From: Terriglobia bacterium
Lineage (GTDB): Bacteria > Acidobacteriota > Terriglobia > Bryobacterales > Bryobacteraceae
Length of the DNA stretch: 64,000 nt
Reading direction: 5' to 3'
Assembly (NCBI GenBank): GCA_963799755.1
Contig: CAWCYQ010000015.1
Coordinates: 11,139 to 75,138, forward strand
The translations under genes were made by a program, and so were the position numbers. The notes below the pieces were generated by a model. It worked only from the letters and a program-made list of their open reading frames with translations, searched no databases and had not been told where the DNA came from. Positions 48,846 through 58,293 of this stretch are shown here, one piece after another; the stretch's first letter is position 1; every line of letters begins with the position of its first letter.

Positions 48846-51665
48846 ATGAACGGAATATGCAGATCGTTAGGACTGGCGTTTGTGGGATTGTCTGTGGGAG
48901 TTTTCGGGCAGACCATCGACCTGCCCACCAGTAAGCAGATTCTCCCTGCGGTTCCCGGCAGCCCACAACGAATCAATAGCCTGCCGATATCCGTGGCAGT
49001 GTCGCCGGACGGACGCTATGTGGTGACCGTGAACGCGGGTTACGGCACATTCGAATCGAAGTACATGCAATCGCTGGCGGTGCTCGATACGCGCACGGGG
49101 ACAATCGAAGATTTCCCGGACGACCGTACTCCGCTGAAGGCAAAGCAGACGTTGTACTCAGGGCTGGCGTTCAGCCTCGATGGCAGTCATGTTTATGCCA
49201 GTATGGCTTCGCTCGCCGATCCACTGGGAAAGCACGAGGGTGACGCTGGCAGCGGAGTAGTCGTGTATGGCTTCCGTGAAGGAAAGATTGCTCCTGAGAG
49301 ATTGATGAAGATTCCCCTGCAGCAGCTTGCGGCAGGGAGGAAGACCCTGGTTGCAGGAGCGGAGAGCGACAAGGGTGTGCCGTATCCGGCAGCGATTGCG
49401 GTCATCGGGGATTCGAGCTCGGAGAAGCTGCTGGTGGCCGATAATCTCTCCGACGACGTGCTGCTGATGAACGCAGAGACAGGCGCGATTGAGCACAGAT
49501 TCGATCTGGCAGAGAATGATGCGGTGCCTTCGACGTATCCCATTGCGCTGAGCGTTGCGCAGGATGAGTCACGGGCGTTTGTGGCGCTGTGGAATGCGTC
49601 CGAAGCGGTTGAACTCGACCTGAAGAAACGGATCGTGGGGCGCAGGCTGGCACTCCTGAAGCCGGAGAGTGCAATTACGGCGGGCTCCCATCCCTGCGCG
49701 ATGGAGATTGCACGAGACGGCAAAACGATGTACATCGCGCTGGCGAACCGCGACGCTGTGGCGGCTGTAAACCTTGCCGGGAACCAGTTTTCGCTAAAAG
49801 GATATTTCGATACCCGGCTGCCGCATCAGAGCTACTTTGGCGCCGAGCCGGAGGCGCTGGCATTGTCCGCGGACGGGGCGCACCTCTACGTAGCCGATGC
49901 AATCACTGACGCGATTGCGGTAATGGATACAAGGAAGCTGACGGCGAAGGCAGCGAAAAAAGGAATGGCGGAGCCGATGGGTTTTGTACCGACCGAGTGG
50001 ATGCCGATGTCGTTGGCGTTCAGCGGAGGCAAACTCTACGTAGCGACGGCTAAGGGCAAAGGAACCGGACCGAACAATCTCGCACAGCGCCAGGCGGACT
50101 GGCAGAAGAAGCAGCGAACGAAGCCGAGTTCGTCGACCTATATCGCCACCCTTCTCTATGGCTCACTGGCGGTGCTCGATACAAAAGCGATGGAGAAGGA
50201 ACTGTCGAAATGGACCGGAGAGGTCGTCGAGTCGAACCGGATGAAAGCGGCGGAGGAGAAGATCCAGTTTGCCGCGGGTGGAGAAAGCCGTATCAAACAT
50301 GTGATCTACATCATCAAGGAGAACCGCACCTACGATCAGGTTTTCGGCGATTTGCGAAAAGATGGAAAGCCGGTGGGTAATGGCGATCCGAGCCTGACCA
50401 TGTACGGTGAGGAGATCACGCCAAACCAACATGCTCTGGCGCTGCGATTCGGCGTGCTCGATAACTTCTATGATTCGGGCGAGGTCTCCGGAGACGGACA
50501 TGTGTGGTCAACTGCAGCGATTGGAACCGACTACCTGGAGAAGACATGGCAACAAGGCTATCGGGGCGGTCAGCGCACCTATGATTACGAAGGCGTAGTA
50601 GCAGAGGGATACCCTCTGTTGCAGAAAATTCCGGACGTCAATGAGCCTGCGAGCGGATATCTGTGGGGCAATCTGGCGCGGCACGGCAAAACCTACTACC
50701 ACTTCGGCGAATTCATCTCCTCAGAGTTCTGCGATGTGAAGAAGAGCACAAGTTCGCAGGAAGGTCCGCTACTCGGGGGATTGCACTGTGACCGGCCGGC
50801 GATTCAGCCGGGAGAGGCGATCCCTGAGCAGTGGGGCGGCGGAGTGAACAAGTGGCCATGGGCGATTCCGCTCTTGGGGAGGAATATCGCAACCAAGTCA
50901 GAATTAGTGGGGCACTTCGCTCCGGAGGCGCCGGACTTCAACCTGCGGGTGCCGGACCAGATTCGGGTAGAGGTTTTTCTGCGGCACCTCAAGGAATGGG
51001 AAGCGAACCGCGAGAGCGGCAGGGACACGATGCCCAACTTCATCATCTTGCGCTTGAGCGACGATCATACGGCGGGAACGAAACCGGGAGGACCCACGCC
51101 ACGGGCGTCGGTTGCGGATAACGATCTTGCGATCGGGCGTGCCGTGGAGGCCGTGTCTCATTCGCCGTATTGGGACGACACGGCGTTCTTTATCCTCGAG
51201 GACGATGCACAGAACGGAGCCGATCACGTGGATGCGCATCGGAGCCTGGCATTGGTGATCAGTAAGTACTCTCCTCGGCGTGCGGATGGCGGCGTCTTTG
51301 TGGACAGCCGCTTTTATTCGACAGTGAGCGTGGTACGAACCATGGAGACGCTGCTCGGCCTGCCTCCGATGAATAACAACGATGCGTTCAGTTCGCTGAT
51401 TGGATCGCTGTTCACCGGGCCGGGAGACCAGGCTCCGTTCCCGGCGGACTACCGGAATCGCGACGATGGGTTGATCTATACAGCAAATCGTGAAAACGCG
51501 CCGGGCGCAAAGGAGTCGAGCAGGATGGACTTTCGTCATGCTGACCGGGCTGACGCGCAGAAGCTGAACGTGATTCTCTGGAAGGATGCAATGGGCGACA
51601 AGCCTGTTCCTCCGATGCTGTTGGAAAAGAGAAAAAAGGCGCGAAAGGATGATGACGGAGATTAA
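48846..51665 (+). CDS. secreted beta-propeller (YncE/lactonase-like repeats) fused to a phosphoesterase (AcpA/PLC family) domain
   Basis: Signal peptide. Repeated SPDGRYVV / SLDGSHVYA / ARDGKTMYIA / SADGAHLYVA blades. Phosphoesterase motifs follow: HVIYIIKENRTYDQVFGDL and EDDAQNGADHVDAHRS. Confidence 0.8.
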   Translation: MNGICRSLGLAFVGLSVGVFGQTIDLPTSKQILPAVPGSPQRINSLPISVAVSPDGRYVVTVNAGYGTFESKYMQSLAVLDTRTGTIEDFPDDRTPLKAKQTLYSGLAFSLDGSHVYASMASLADPLGKHEGDAGSGVVVYGFREGKIAPERLMKIPLQQLAAGRKTLVAGAESDKGVPYPAAIAVIGDSSSEKLLVADNLSDDVLLMNAETGAIEHRFDLAENDAVPSTYPIALSVAQDESRAFVALWNASEAVELDLKKRIVGRRLALLKPESAITAGSHPCAMEIARDGKTMYIALANRDAVAAVNLAGNQFSLKGYFDTRLPHQSYFGAEPEALALSADGAHLYVADAITDAIAVMDTRKLTAKAAKKGMAEPMGFVPTEWMPMSLAFSGGKLYVATAKGKGTGPNNLAQRQADWQKKQRTKPSSSTYIATLLYGSLAVLDTKAMEKELSKWTGEVVESNRMKAAEEKIQFAAGGESRIKHVIYIIKENRTYDQVFGDLRKDGKPVGNGDPSLTMYGEEITPNQHALALRFGVLDNFYDSGEVSGDGHVWSTAAIGTDYLEKTWQQGYRGGQRTYDYEGVVAEGYPLLQKIPDVNEPASGYLWGNLARHGKTYYHFGEFISSEFCDVKKSTSSQEGPLLGGLHCDRPAIQPGEAIPEQWGGGVNKWPWAIPLLGRNIATKSELVGHFAPEAPDFNLRVPDQIRVEVFLRHLKEWEANRESGRDTMPNFIILRLSDDHTAGTKPGGPTPRASVADNDLAIGRAVEAVSHSPYWDDTAFFILEDDAQNGADHVDAHRSLALVISKYSPRRADGGVFVDSRFYSTVSVVRTMETLLGLPPMNNNDAFSSLIGSLFTGPGDQAPFPADYRNRDDGLIYTANRENAPGAKESSRMDFRHADRADAQKLNVILWKDAMGDKPVPPMLLEKRKKARKDDDGD

Positions 51666-51680
51666 AGGGGCCCAAACGTG

Positions 51681-51760
51681 TGGAATGGAGGAGTAGGCGA
51701 TATTTTGCCGAGCCGTGACTATGATTTGCGAAAATCCGGTTTGCCGATGATTTAGGACCT
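51681..51760. repeat. uninterrupted paralogue of the element targeted by the IS110 copy
   Basis: 51681-51721 matches 47171-47211. 51727-51756 resembles 48790-48822, which lies to the right of the IS. Confidence 0.55.
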
Positions 51761-51776
51761 CTCCAATGTGCGCGGT

Positions 51777-53822
51777 TTATGGCCGCGGGAGGTCGACTAG
51801 CGCCACATCCGAGCGCTCCTCGATTCGTTCAAGAACAAGTTGGCGGCCGTCCGGAGAGATGTCGAAGTCGTGAATGTGGAAGTCGGGATTAAGGTTGGTC
51901 AACTGTCGCCCGAAGCCCGTTTCCACGTCGACGAGCCAGAGATTCTTATGTTGAAGGTCTCCTCGCAGCAGCACGACGCTCCGCCCTCCAGGCTGAAAGG
52001 CCACATGTCGAGCGCCCCGAGTCAAGGTCAGGGGCGGCAGAGCATATGCTGCGCCCTCAGCGGTGGCAGCTTTGATCGAAAACATGGTGCCGATATCGGG
52101 TCCCGAATAGACGACGAAATGACCGTCGGGGGCCCATGCGGGATCGACCGAGTACTCTCGGACAAAAGCAGCAGGGGAGCGACCGTCGACGGGCACGCGG
52201 AACAAATGAGGGACGCCGTGATCGTCCGCCGCCGAGGTGATCGACCGGCCGTCGGGCGCCCAGGCTGGAGCGCCCTGCAGGTTGAGCGAATCGGACAGAA
52301 TGCGGGCGTTCGTGCCGTCGGCCTGCATTACATATAGGAGCGATTGGCCGTGTTGCCGAATCGAGAATGCAATATGGCGTCCATCGGGGGAGATTGCCGG
52401 GCCACCAAAGACTCGCGCTGCCTCACCGCTCCACAACTCGGTACTAATTCCGTCAGCGAGCTTCCAAACACTCTGGCCCGCCCCGGTCACAGAAACATAA
52501 AGAAGGAAGTTTGGACCCAGTCGTGGGGAGAACGCCGTGCTGGTCGTCAGCGAGATTGGAACAGGCTCCGAGACTTCCGTGGACGAATCAGGAATCCGCA
52601 TGCTCCAGAGTGTTCTCTTGGGACTGGTGAGCGTGACAACCAGGCGGTGGCCGTCAGCGCTGGCCGACAGCGACGTATACAGGTCCGGTCCAGAGGTCAG
52701 CCGGTGGGGAATGCGGCGCTCGACATCGATGCTATATAGCCACGGACCGGAGCCATCGGGATCAGAAGCGAGATACATCAGCATTCGCCGATTCAACAGG
52801 ACCGGATGACTGACACGCGCATTGTGCGAAGTGATCCGTTCAGGAGTTCCGCCCCGGGAAGAGATGCGCCAGATGTCCAATTTGTCCGGGAGGGACCCAT
52901 GGACGAAGTAGATGAAGGCCGTGTCAGGCGACCACAGGGGAAAGTGAGCATGGAGTCCGGCAGGTGCAGTGAAGATGCGTTGGCCCCGCGATCCCCGGGT
53001 GCGGTCTGACACAAATAGCGGGTCTCCGGGTCCGGGCGTGTGGTAAGCGAGCCGGGAGCCGTCGTGCGACCAGTCGAACTCGGCCACGCCCTCAAGATAC
53101 GGCCGCGGCTGTCCTCCGAGTGTTGGCACCGCCCAGACGCTGATATCGCTGCCGGTTGAGCCGTGTTGCTTGCGAAGCCAAAATGTGACGAAGGAGCCAT
53201 CGGGCGAGAACCCCACGGTGCGGACCGATGGATTCGCCAGTTCCCGCGCGCTGCCGCGGGTCAAGTTGTGGAACTCTCCCGAACCCACCTGTGTGACCCA
53301 GACGTCCATCTGTCCGTCCCGGTCCGACAGAAACGCTACGAACTGACCGTCGCGTGAGACCGCGGCGGCCTGTTCCATTCCGTCGAAGTTGCTGACTGTC
53401 TGAAATCGCGCGTTGGCGATTGGGTTCTGCCAGAAGTACTCGGTATTCCGAAACCAGAGAAACGCGGCGATCATCAGCGCCGCCGCTGCGGGCAGCAAGA
53501 GAAACTTCCATCTGATTTGGGGTGCCGACATCGCGTCGGGCGGCAGCGCTACGGGAGGATCGGGCGATCTGGCATTGTTCCCGTTCTCCGGTGCTGCTCG
53601 AAGATTCCGAGCGCGAGCCCACGCGTCCAACTCCGCCCGATAAGCGTAAACCGAACCCATCCTGTCGTGCTGGTGCCGGTGCACGGGCATGCGTTCCCGC
53701 TTCTCCCAGCGTTGGACTGTGGTCACGTCGCGGTTGAGGTATGCCGCGATTTCTTTCCAGGAATCCAGGCGGTCTTCGGATGCCCTCGCGGATGACAGTG
53801 TGCCCGGGGATAGTTCGCCCAA
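51777..53822 (-). CDS. membrane-anchored regulator: N-terminal HTH, TM segment, TolB-like beta-propeller repeats
   Basis: The HTH DSWKEIAAYLNRDVTTVQRWEKRERMPVHR is followed by the TM segment FLLLPAAAALMIAAFLWF and many TolB/WD40-like blades (SRDGQFVAFLSDRDG, SPDGSFVTF, SHDGSRLAY, SPDGRHIAF, APDGRSI, APDGHFVVY, SPDGRQLV). The start is uncertain. The TTG at 53822 was chosen because it is the last start before the HTH. Confidence 0.7.
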   Translation of the reverse strand: MGELSPGTLSSARASEDRLDSWKEIAAYLNRDVTTVQRWEKRERMPVHRHQHDRMGSVYAYRAELDAWARARNLRAAPENGNNARSPDPPVALPPDAMSAPQIRWKFLLLPAAAALMIAAFLWFRNTEYFWQNPIANARFQTVSNFDGMEQAAAVSRDGQFVAFLSDRDGQMDVWVTQVGSGEFHNLTRGSARELANPSVRTVGFSPDGSFVTFWLRKQHGSTGSDISVWAVPTLGGQPRPYLEGVAEFDWSHDGSRLAYHTPGPGDPLFVSDRTRGSRGQRIFTAPAGLHAHFPLWSPDTAFIYFVHGSLPDKLDIWRISSRGGTPERITSHNARVSHPVLLNRRMLMYLASDPDGSGPWLYSIDVERRIPHRLTSGPDLYTSLSASADGHRLVVTLTSPKRTLWSMRIPDSSTEVSEPVPISLTTSTAFSPRLGPNFLLYVSVTGAGQSVWKLADGISTELWSGEAARVFGGPAISPDGRHIAFSIRQHGQSLLYVMQADGTNARILSDSLNLQGAPAWAPDGRSITSAADDHGVPHLFRVPVDGRSPAAFVREYSVDPAWAPDGHFVVYSGPDIGTMFSIKAATAEGAAYALPPLTLTRGARHVAFQPGGRSVVLLRGDLQHKNLWLVDVETGFGRQLTNLNPDFHIHDFDISPDGRQLVLERIEERSDVALVDLPRP

Positions 53823-54027
53823 CGCGCTCTCCTGTTCGCCCGGGCTGCGATGAACCGGGAACCCGAATTGTATCGTGATCGCCCGTCGAAGGCACGGCAA
53901 ACCACAGCATTCGACGGCAAAGTAGGGGAATACGGCGATTCTGCGCACTGCCTTTTGACTCCAGCGGCACTGTGTCCGATCCTGTCGGCACACGTCCTGA
54001 AGGCGTGAATCCCAATTCGAGGTGTTC

Positions 54028-54642
54028 ATGAAAAGCAAAGTTCTCTCTTGGCCGGTATGCAGCATGACGGTCCTGGCGCTGGCGGCGGGCGCGGGCGCTC
54101 TGGCCCAATCTCCGAACCACATTTCGGACCAGATGAGATTGCGCGGGGTAATCAATGACTTTACGCCCGCATCGACTGTTGCGCCGGGCGGCCCGTGGGA
54201 GGTTCGTGGCCATTGGTCATTGGTGCTGAAAAGAAGGTACTGTAAGGAGGATTGCAAGGCCGATTTTTCGGCGGCCCTGACCATGGAGCGCTCCGACCTC
54301 GGGGTAATTCAGAACGGCGGCGGGGACTTGAACAATCCCATGGATCGCATGGCCCATACGCACCACATCACCCTGACTGATGGCGAAGTGACGACGATCG
54401 CAGGCGGAATTCAAGTAACGGGTTTGGCCACGATTACAGCGAACGGAAGTTTCCCGCCGCCCTTTGGGTCAGTTCTCCCCAGACTGACGGTAGAGGTCAC
54501 CGGGGGCACCGGGGAGGACAGCGTTCCCTTCTCGAACGTCACGTTACTCTTCGGGGCTCCGGCAGCTAGCCACTTCGGAACCTCGCCTCTGCACGGCGTG
54601 GTCATTCGAGGTCTGGAAAAGAGTGATGCGGCTGGACATTAG
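54028..54642 (+). CDS. secreted hypothetical protein
   Basis: MKSKVLSWPVCSMTVLALAAGAGALAQS is a signal peptide. The rest has ordinary composition with no recognised motif. Confidence 0.55.
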   Translation: MKSKVLSWPVCSMTVLALAAGAGALAQSPNHISDQMRLRGVINDFTPASTVAPGGPWEVRGHWSLVLKRRYCKEDCKADFSAALTMERSDLGVIQNGGGDLNNPMDRMAHTHHITLTDGEVTTIAGGIQVTGLATITANGSFPPPFGSVLPRLTVEVTGGTGEDSVPFSNVTLLFGAPAASHFGTSPLHGVVIRGLEKSDAAGH

Positions 54643-54723
54643 GATTGCAGCCTCCGCGCGCATTCTTCGCGGTTCGGAACAGGCGCCACGTGTCGATCCG
54701 CATCAGTGGCGCCCTCGCAGGTG

Positions 54724-55350
54724 TTACTCCTTGCTACGGCAGGCCTCGACCACGATGAATTCGCTCCACGTCTCCCCGTCATCAGACTTCTCACCTCGCC
54801 AGGTGAAGTGGTTTTCGGAAATGTTCGTGTAAGTAGCGCGCGTATAAGCGTGGGCGGCCACAGGCTCTTTGAAGGCGTAAATGATGGATTGGTCATCGAA
54901 CCTGACGCCACCGAGCTCCTCCGGCCCGAGGTCCACCCACGTTCCGGCCAATGCGTTTAGCCATTTTATGTTCCAAGTCTGTTTGGCGGCGTCGTACGCG
55001 CGGAGATTCATACCGAGCACCATCAGCTCTCCGGCGGAGCCTGTCATCCTGTATTCGTCCGCGATTGCATAGCCCTCGAGGATGAAGCGACCGAGCCATG
55101 TGGCCTGTAGTGTCTGCCATTCCCCATTGGCTAACCTTACTCTTGCTTCGCACCGCCATCTGCCGATCAGGAACTCGAATCGGGAGAGTGCTGCGGGCGC
55201 ATTGGGGTTGGGACTGCCAAACTCCTGGTCGATTTGGTGCATAGAATGATCTTCCTCCGGTGCGGCTGCTGCTGATCGCGTTGGCCCGATCAGTGGCAAT
55301 CCTGCAGTGAGCAGCATCAGCGGCGGTGCGCTCTCTTGACGCCATTTCAT
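54724..55350 (-). CDS. secreted DUF1579-like protein
   Basis: Signal-like N-terminus MKWRQESAPPLMLLTAGLPLIG. The core FEFLIGRWRCEA....G.......W.GRFILEGYAI.DEY............G.....YD...Q.W...W fits the DUF1579 style. Confidence 0.55.
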   Translation of the reverse strand: MKWRQESAPPLMLLTAGLPLIGPTRSAAAAPEEDHSMHQIDQEFGSPNPNAPAALSRFEFLIGRWRCEARVRLANGEWQTLQATWLGRFILEGYAIADEYRMTGSAGELMVLGMNLRAYDAAKQTWNIKWLNALAGTWVDLGPEELGGVRFDDQSIIYAFKEPVAAHAYTRATYTNISENHFTWRGEKSDDGETWSEFIVVEACRSKE

Positions 55351-55371
55351 ATTTCTGCAATCATGGAAATA
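55336..55371 (+). promoter_or_regulatory. candidate ars promoter with overlapping ArsR operator
   Basis: TTGACG (55336-55341), 17 nt, then AATCAT (55359-55364). Inverted repeat TATTTC-n10-GAAATA at 55350-55371. AAGGAGG precedes the arsR ATG. Confidence 0.3.
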
Positions 55372-55397
55372 GGCATGGGCCATCAAGGAGGGTGTGA

Positions 55398-55745
55398 ATG
55401 GCAAAAGCCAGGAATGAACCGGATGTGGTGCGGTATGCCGACATGTTTTCCGCGATGGGGACGGAGCCGCGCCTTCGCATTATGCGCGTGCTGCTCTCGG
55501 CGCATCCGCAAGGCATGATCGCCGGCGACATTGGCGCCGAGTTGGAGATCCCGCCCTCGACGCTCTCTCATCACCTAGACAAACTGAAGAACGAAGATCT
55601 CGTTAACGTGCGACGGGAGAGCACGTTCCTCTGGTATTCGGCTAACACCGAAACGCTCGAGGAGTTGTTAGGGTTTCTGTACGCGGAATGCTGTACCCGC
55701 AATAAGGCTATCAAGCCGCAAGCCATTGTCCAGCTCTGTAAGTAG
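55398..55745 (+). CDS. arsR: ArsR/SmtB-family metalloregulator
   Basis: Motif FSAMGTEPRLRIMRVLL....MIAGDIGAELEIPPSTLSHHLDKLKNEDLV. C-terminal AECCTRNK cysteine cluster. Confidence 0.85.
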   Translation: MAKARNEPDVVRYADMFSAMGTEPRLRIMRVLLSAHPQGMIAGDIGAELEIPPSTLSHHLDKLKNEDLVNVRRESTFLWYSANTETLEELLGFLYAECCTRNKAIKPQAIVQLCK

Positions 55746-55774
55746 GCGGCATCAATTTTGAGAGGAACGAACGA

Positions 55775-56632
55775 ATGGAACTGAAAGAAATTGTCAAAGA
55801 GCGGTATGGGGAAGCTGCGCGCCGCGTTAGCGCGGGAGAAGGATTGCCAGCGGATTGCTGTTCGACTACATCTTGCTGCAGCGGTTCCGCAGCAGCATCC
55901 TGCGATCCGATCACCTCGAACCTGTACGACGACGGGCAGGCGGGCGAGATTCCGGAAAATGCGCTGAAGGCATCGCTCGGCTGCGGCAATCCGACGGCAC
56001 TCGCCCAGCTCAACGCGGGCGAAACAGTCCTTGATCTGGGATCAGGAGGCGGTATCGATGTGCTGCTCTCTGCGCGCCGTGTCGGTCCGACGGGTAAAGC
56101 GTATGGGCTCGACATGACAGATGACATGCTGGCGCTGGCGCGCGAGAACCAGCGCAAAGCCGGGGTCGAGAACATCGAGTTTCTCAAAGGCGAAATCGAG
56201 CATATTCCGCTGCCCGATAACAGCGTGGATGTGATTATTTCGAACTGTGTGATCAACCTGTCGGGCAACAAGGACCAGGTGCTCCGTGAGGCTTTCCGCG
56301 TGCTCAAACCCGGCGGACGGTTTGCGGTGTCGGATGTCGTCGTACGCGGCGAGATTCCAGCCGAGATCCGCCGCAATGTCGAACTGTGGGTGGGCTGCGT
56401 GGCAGGCGCTCTGCAGGATACGGAATATACGGATAAGCTCGCGGATGCCGGGTTTGCCGGGGTTGAGATTGAGCCTACGCGTATCTATGACATTGAGGAC
56501 GCACGCGCGTTCCTAACCGGTCAGGGCGTAGATGTGGATGCGATTGCGCCGCTCGTGGCGGGCAAATTTATGGGCGCTTTCATCCGCGCCACGAAGCCGG
56601 TTGGTTGCTGCGGGCCAAGCTGCTGCTCGTAA
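55775..56632 (+). CDS. arsM: arsenite S-adenosylmethionine methyltransferase
   Basis: Motifs IVKERYGEAA, a Cys-rich N-region, LGCGNPTALAQL..GETVLDLGSGGGIDV, SNCVINL and the C-terminal CC. Confidence 0.85.
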   Translation: MELKEIVKERYGEAARRVSAGEGLPADCCSTTSCCSGSAAASCDPITSNLYDDGQAGEIPENALKASLGCGNPTALAQLNAGETVLDLGSGGGIDVLLSARRVGPTGKAYGLDMTDDMLALARENQRKAGVENIEFLKGEIEHIPLPDNSVDVIISNCVINLSGNKDQVLREAFRVLKPGGRFAVSDVVVRGEIPAEIRRNVELWVGCVAGALQDTEYTDKLADAGFAGVEIEPTRIYDIEDARAFLTGQGVDVDAIAPLVAGKFMGAFIRATKPVGCCGPSCCS

Positions 56633-56640
56633 GGCAGAGA

Positions 56641-57728
56641 ATGGCAACCACAATCAATACAGCCGTGAGACCTGTCGCAGGCGGTCTGGGATCTTTTGAG
56701 CGCTACTTATCTCTGTGGGTGGCGCTCTGTATGGCAGCCGGCGTCCTTCTCGGAAAACTGCTTCCCGGCCTTACGGGAGGACTGCGAGGGGTTGAGTTCG
56801 GTAAAGGCAGCCAGATCAATGCTCCCATTTGCGGTGCTGATCTGGCTAATGATCACGCCGATGATGATGAAGGTCGATTTTTCTTCGATAAAGAATGTCG
56901 GACGACGTCCGGCCGGCCTGCTCATCACCTTACTCGTGAATTGGGTGATTAAGCCCTTTTCGATGGCGCTGCTCGCCTGGGTCTTTTTCCGCGTTCTCTT
57001 TACATCGTTTATCGCGCCGGCCGAAGCGGATCAATACATTGCCGGCTGTATCATCCTGGCCGCAGCGCCCTGCACGGCCATGGTATTCGTCTGGAGTCAT
57101 CTCACCAGCGGAGACCCGGCTTATACCCTCGTGCAAGTCTCGGTCAACGACCTCATCATGCTCGTGCTCTTCGTGCCGATCGTGCAATTTCTGGTGCATG
57201 GCGCCTCTTCGCTCACGGTACCTTTTCAGGTGTTGCTTACCTCCGTGATCGTCTTCATAGTCGTGCCGCTGGTGGCAGGAACGCTGCTCCGCTCATTGCT
57301 TATCAAGCGGCGTGGCCGAGCCTGGTTTGAAGGCGAGTTGCTACCGAAATTCGCCCCCGTGACCTTCCGGCGCTCTGGCGACCCTGGTGTTGATCTTCGC
57401 CTTTCAGGCCGACAACATTACAAGCCGGCTCTCGCATGTGCTGCTGATCGCCGTGCCGATCACGCTGCAGGTGTATTTCAACGCCGGCATCACTTATACA
57501 TTGATGAAGTGGTTGAAAGTGGAGCATGCTGTAGCGGCTCCGGGCGCGCTGATCGGTGCATCCAACTTCTTTGAGCTGGCGGTCGCAACTGCCATCGCTC
57601 TGTTTGGGCCGGGCTCGGGCGCGGCACTGGCAACCGTTGTCGGCGTTCTGGTTGAAGTTCCGGTGATGCTCTGCGTGTGTGCAGCGTGCAACCGCACCCG
57701 GCACTGGTTCCCCGTTCGAGCGGCATGA
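56641..57728 (+). pseudogene. acr3: ACR3-family arsenite efflux permease with two frame breaks (TTT 56828-56830, CC 57367-57368)
   Basis: Three consecutive ORF pieces read FERYLSLWVALCMAAGVLLGK...SQINAPI | AVLIWLMITPMMMKVDF...AAPCTAMVFVW...KFAPVTF | GALATLVLIFAFQ...GASNFFELAVATAIALFG. Each junction is repaired by removing one base. Confidence 0.85.
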
Positions 57729-57741
57729 GAAGCAGTAAGCC

Positions 57742-58178
57742 ATGGATAAGAAACGAGTGTTGATTCTCTGCACGGGCAATTCGGCGCGGAGCCAAATGGC
57801 CGAGGGGCTGCTGCGACATGATGCGGGTGATGTATTCGAGGTCGAAAGCGCCGGCACCAATCCCGGCACTGTGCGACCCGAAGCCATTGCCGCGATGGAT
57901 GAGCTGGGGATCGACATTGGCAAGCATCGCTCAAAACATGTGAATGAATTTGCTGGTCAGCATTTTGATTACGTCATCACCGTATGCGACAACGCGAAAG
58001 AGAGTTGCCCACATTTCTGGGCGCGGTGGAACGGCTCCACCATAACTTCGATGATCCTCCCCCGGCTTCCCATGGAACGGAGGAAGAACGCATGGAGATC
58101 TTTCGCCGTGTACGCGATGGGCTACGGGCATATTTAGCTCAGTGCGTGCACAGCGTTGACGGCCCACGAACCCCCTGA
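57742..58178 (+). pseudogene. arsC: arsenate reductase (LMW-PTP / thioredoxin-coupled type), frame break at CCC 58008-58010
   Basis: Motifs [17 protein letters not shown] and [14 protein letters not shown]. After adding one C the frame continues as [16 protein letters not shown]...[13 protein letters not shown], ending at 58178. Confidence 0.8.
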
Positions 58179-58293
58179 GTGACAGCAGTACTCGACCCTG
58201 CCATGGTGCGGCTCTCCGGCATTGGGCATAAGCTAACTATTGATTGTCCCCGCTCCTTGACATGCCGATCAGACGCGACTCGCGGGCGAAAAC

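Noticed and set aside
53092-54213. A 373-aa Arg-rich ORF and other alternative frames over the HTH-TolB regulator region.
   Set aside because: These are shadow frames of the propeller gene, with low-complexity R/G/P content.
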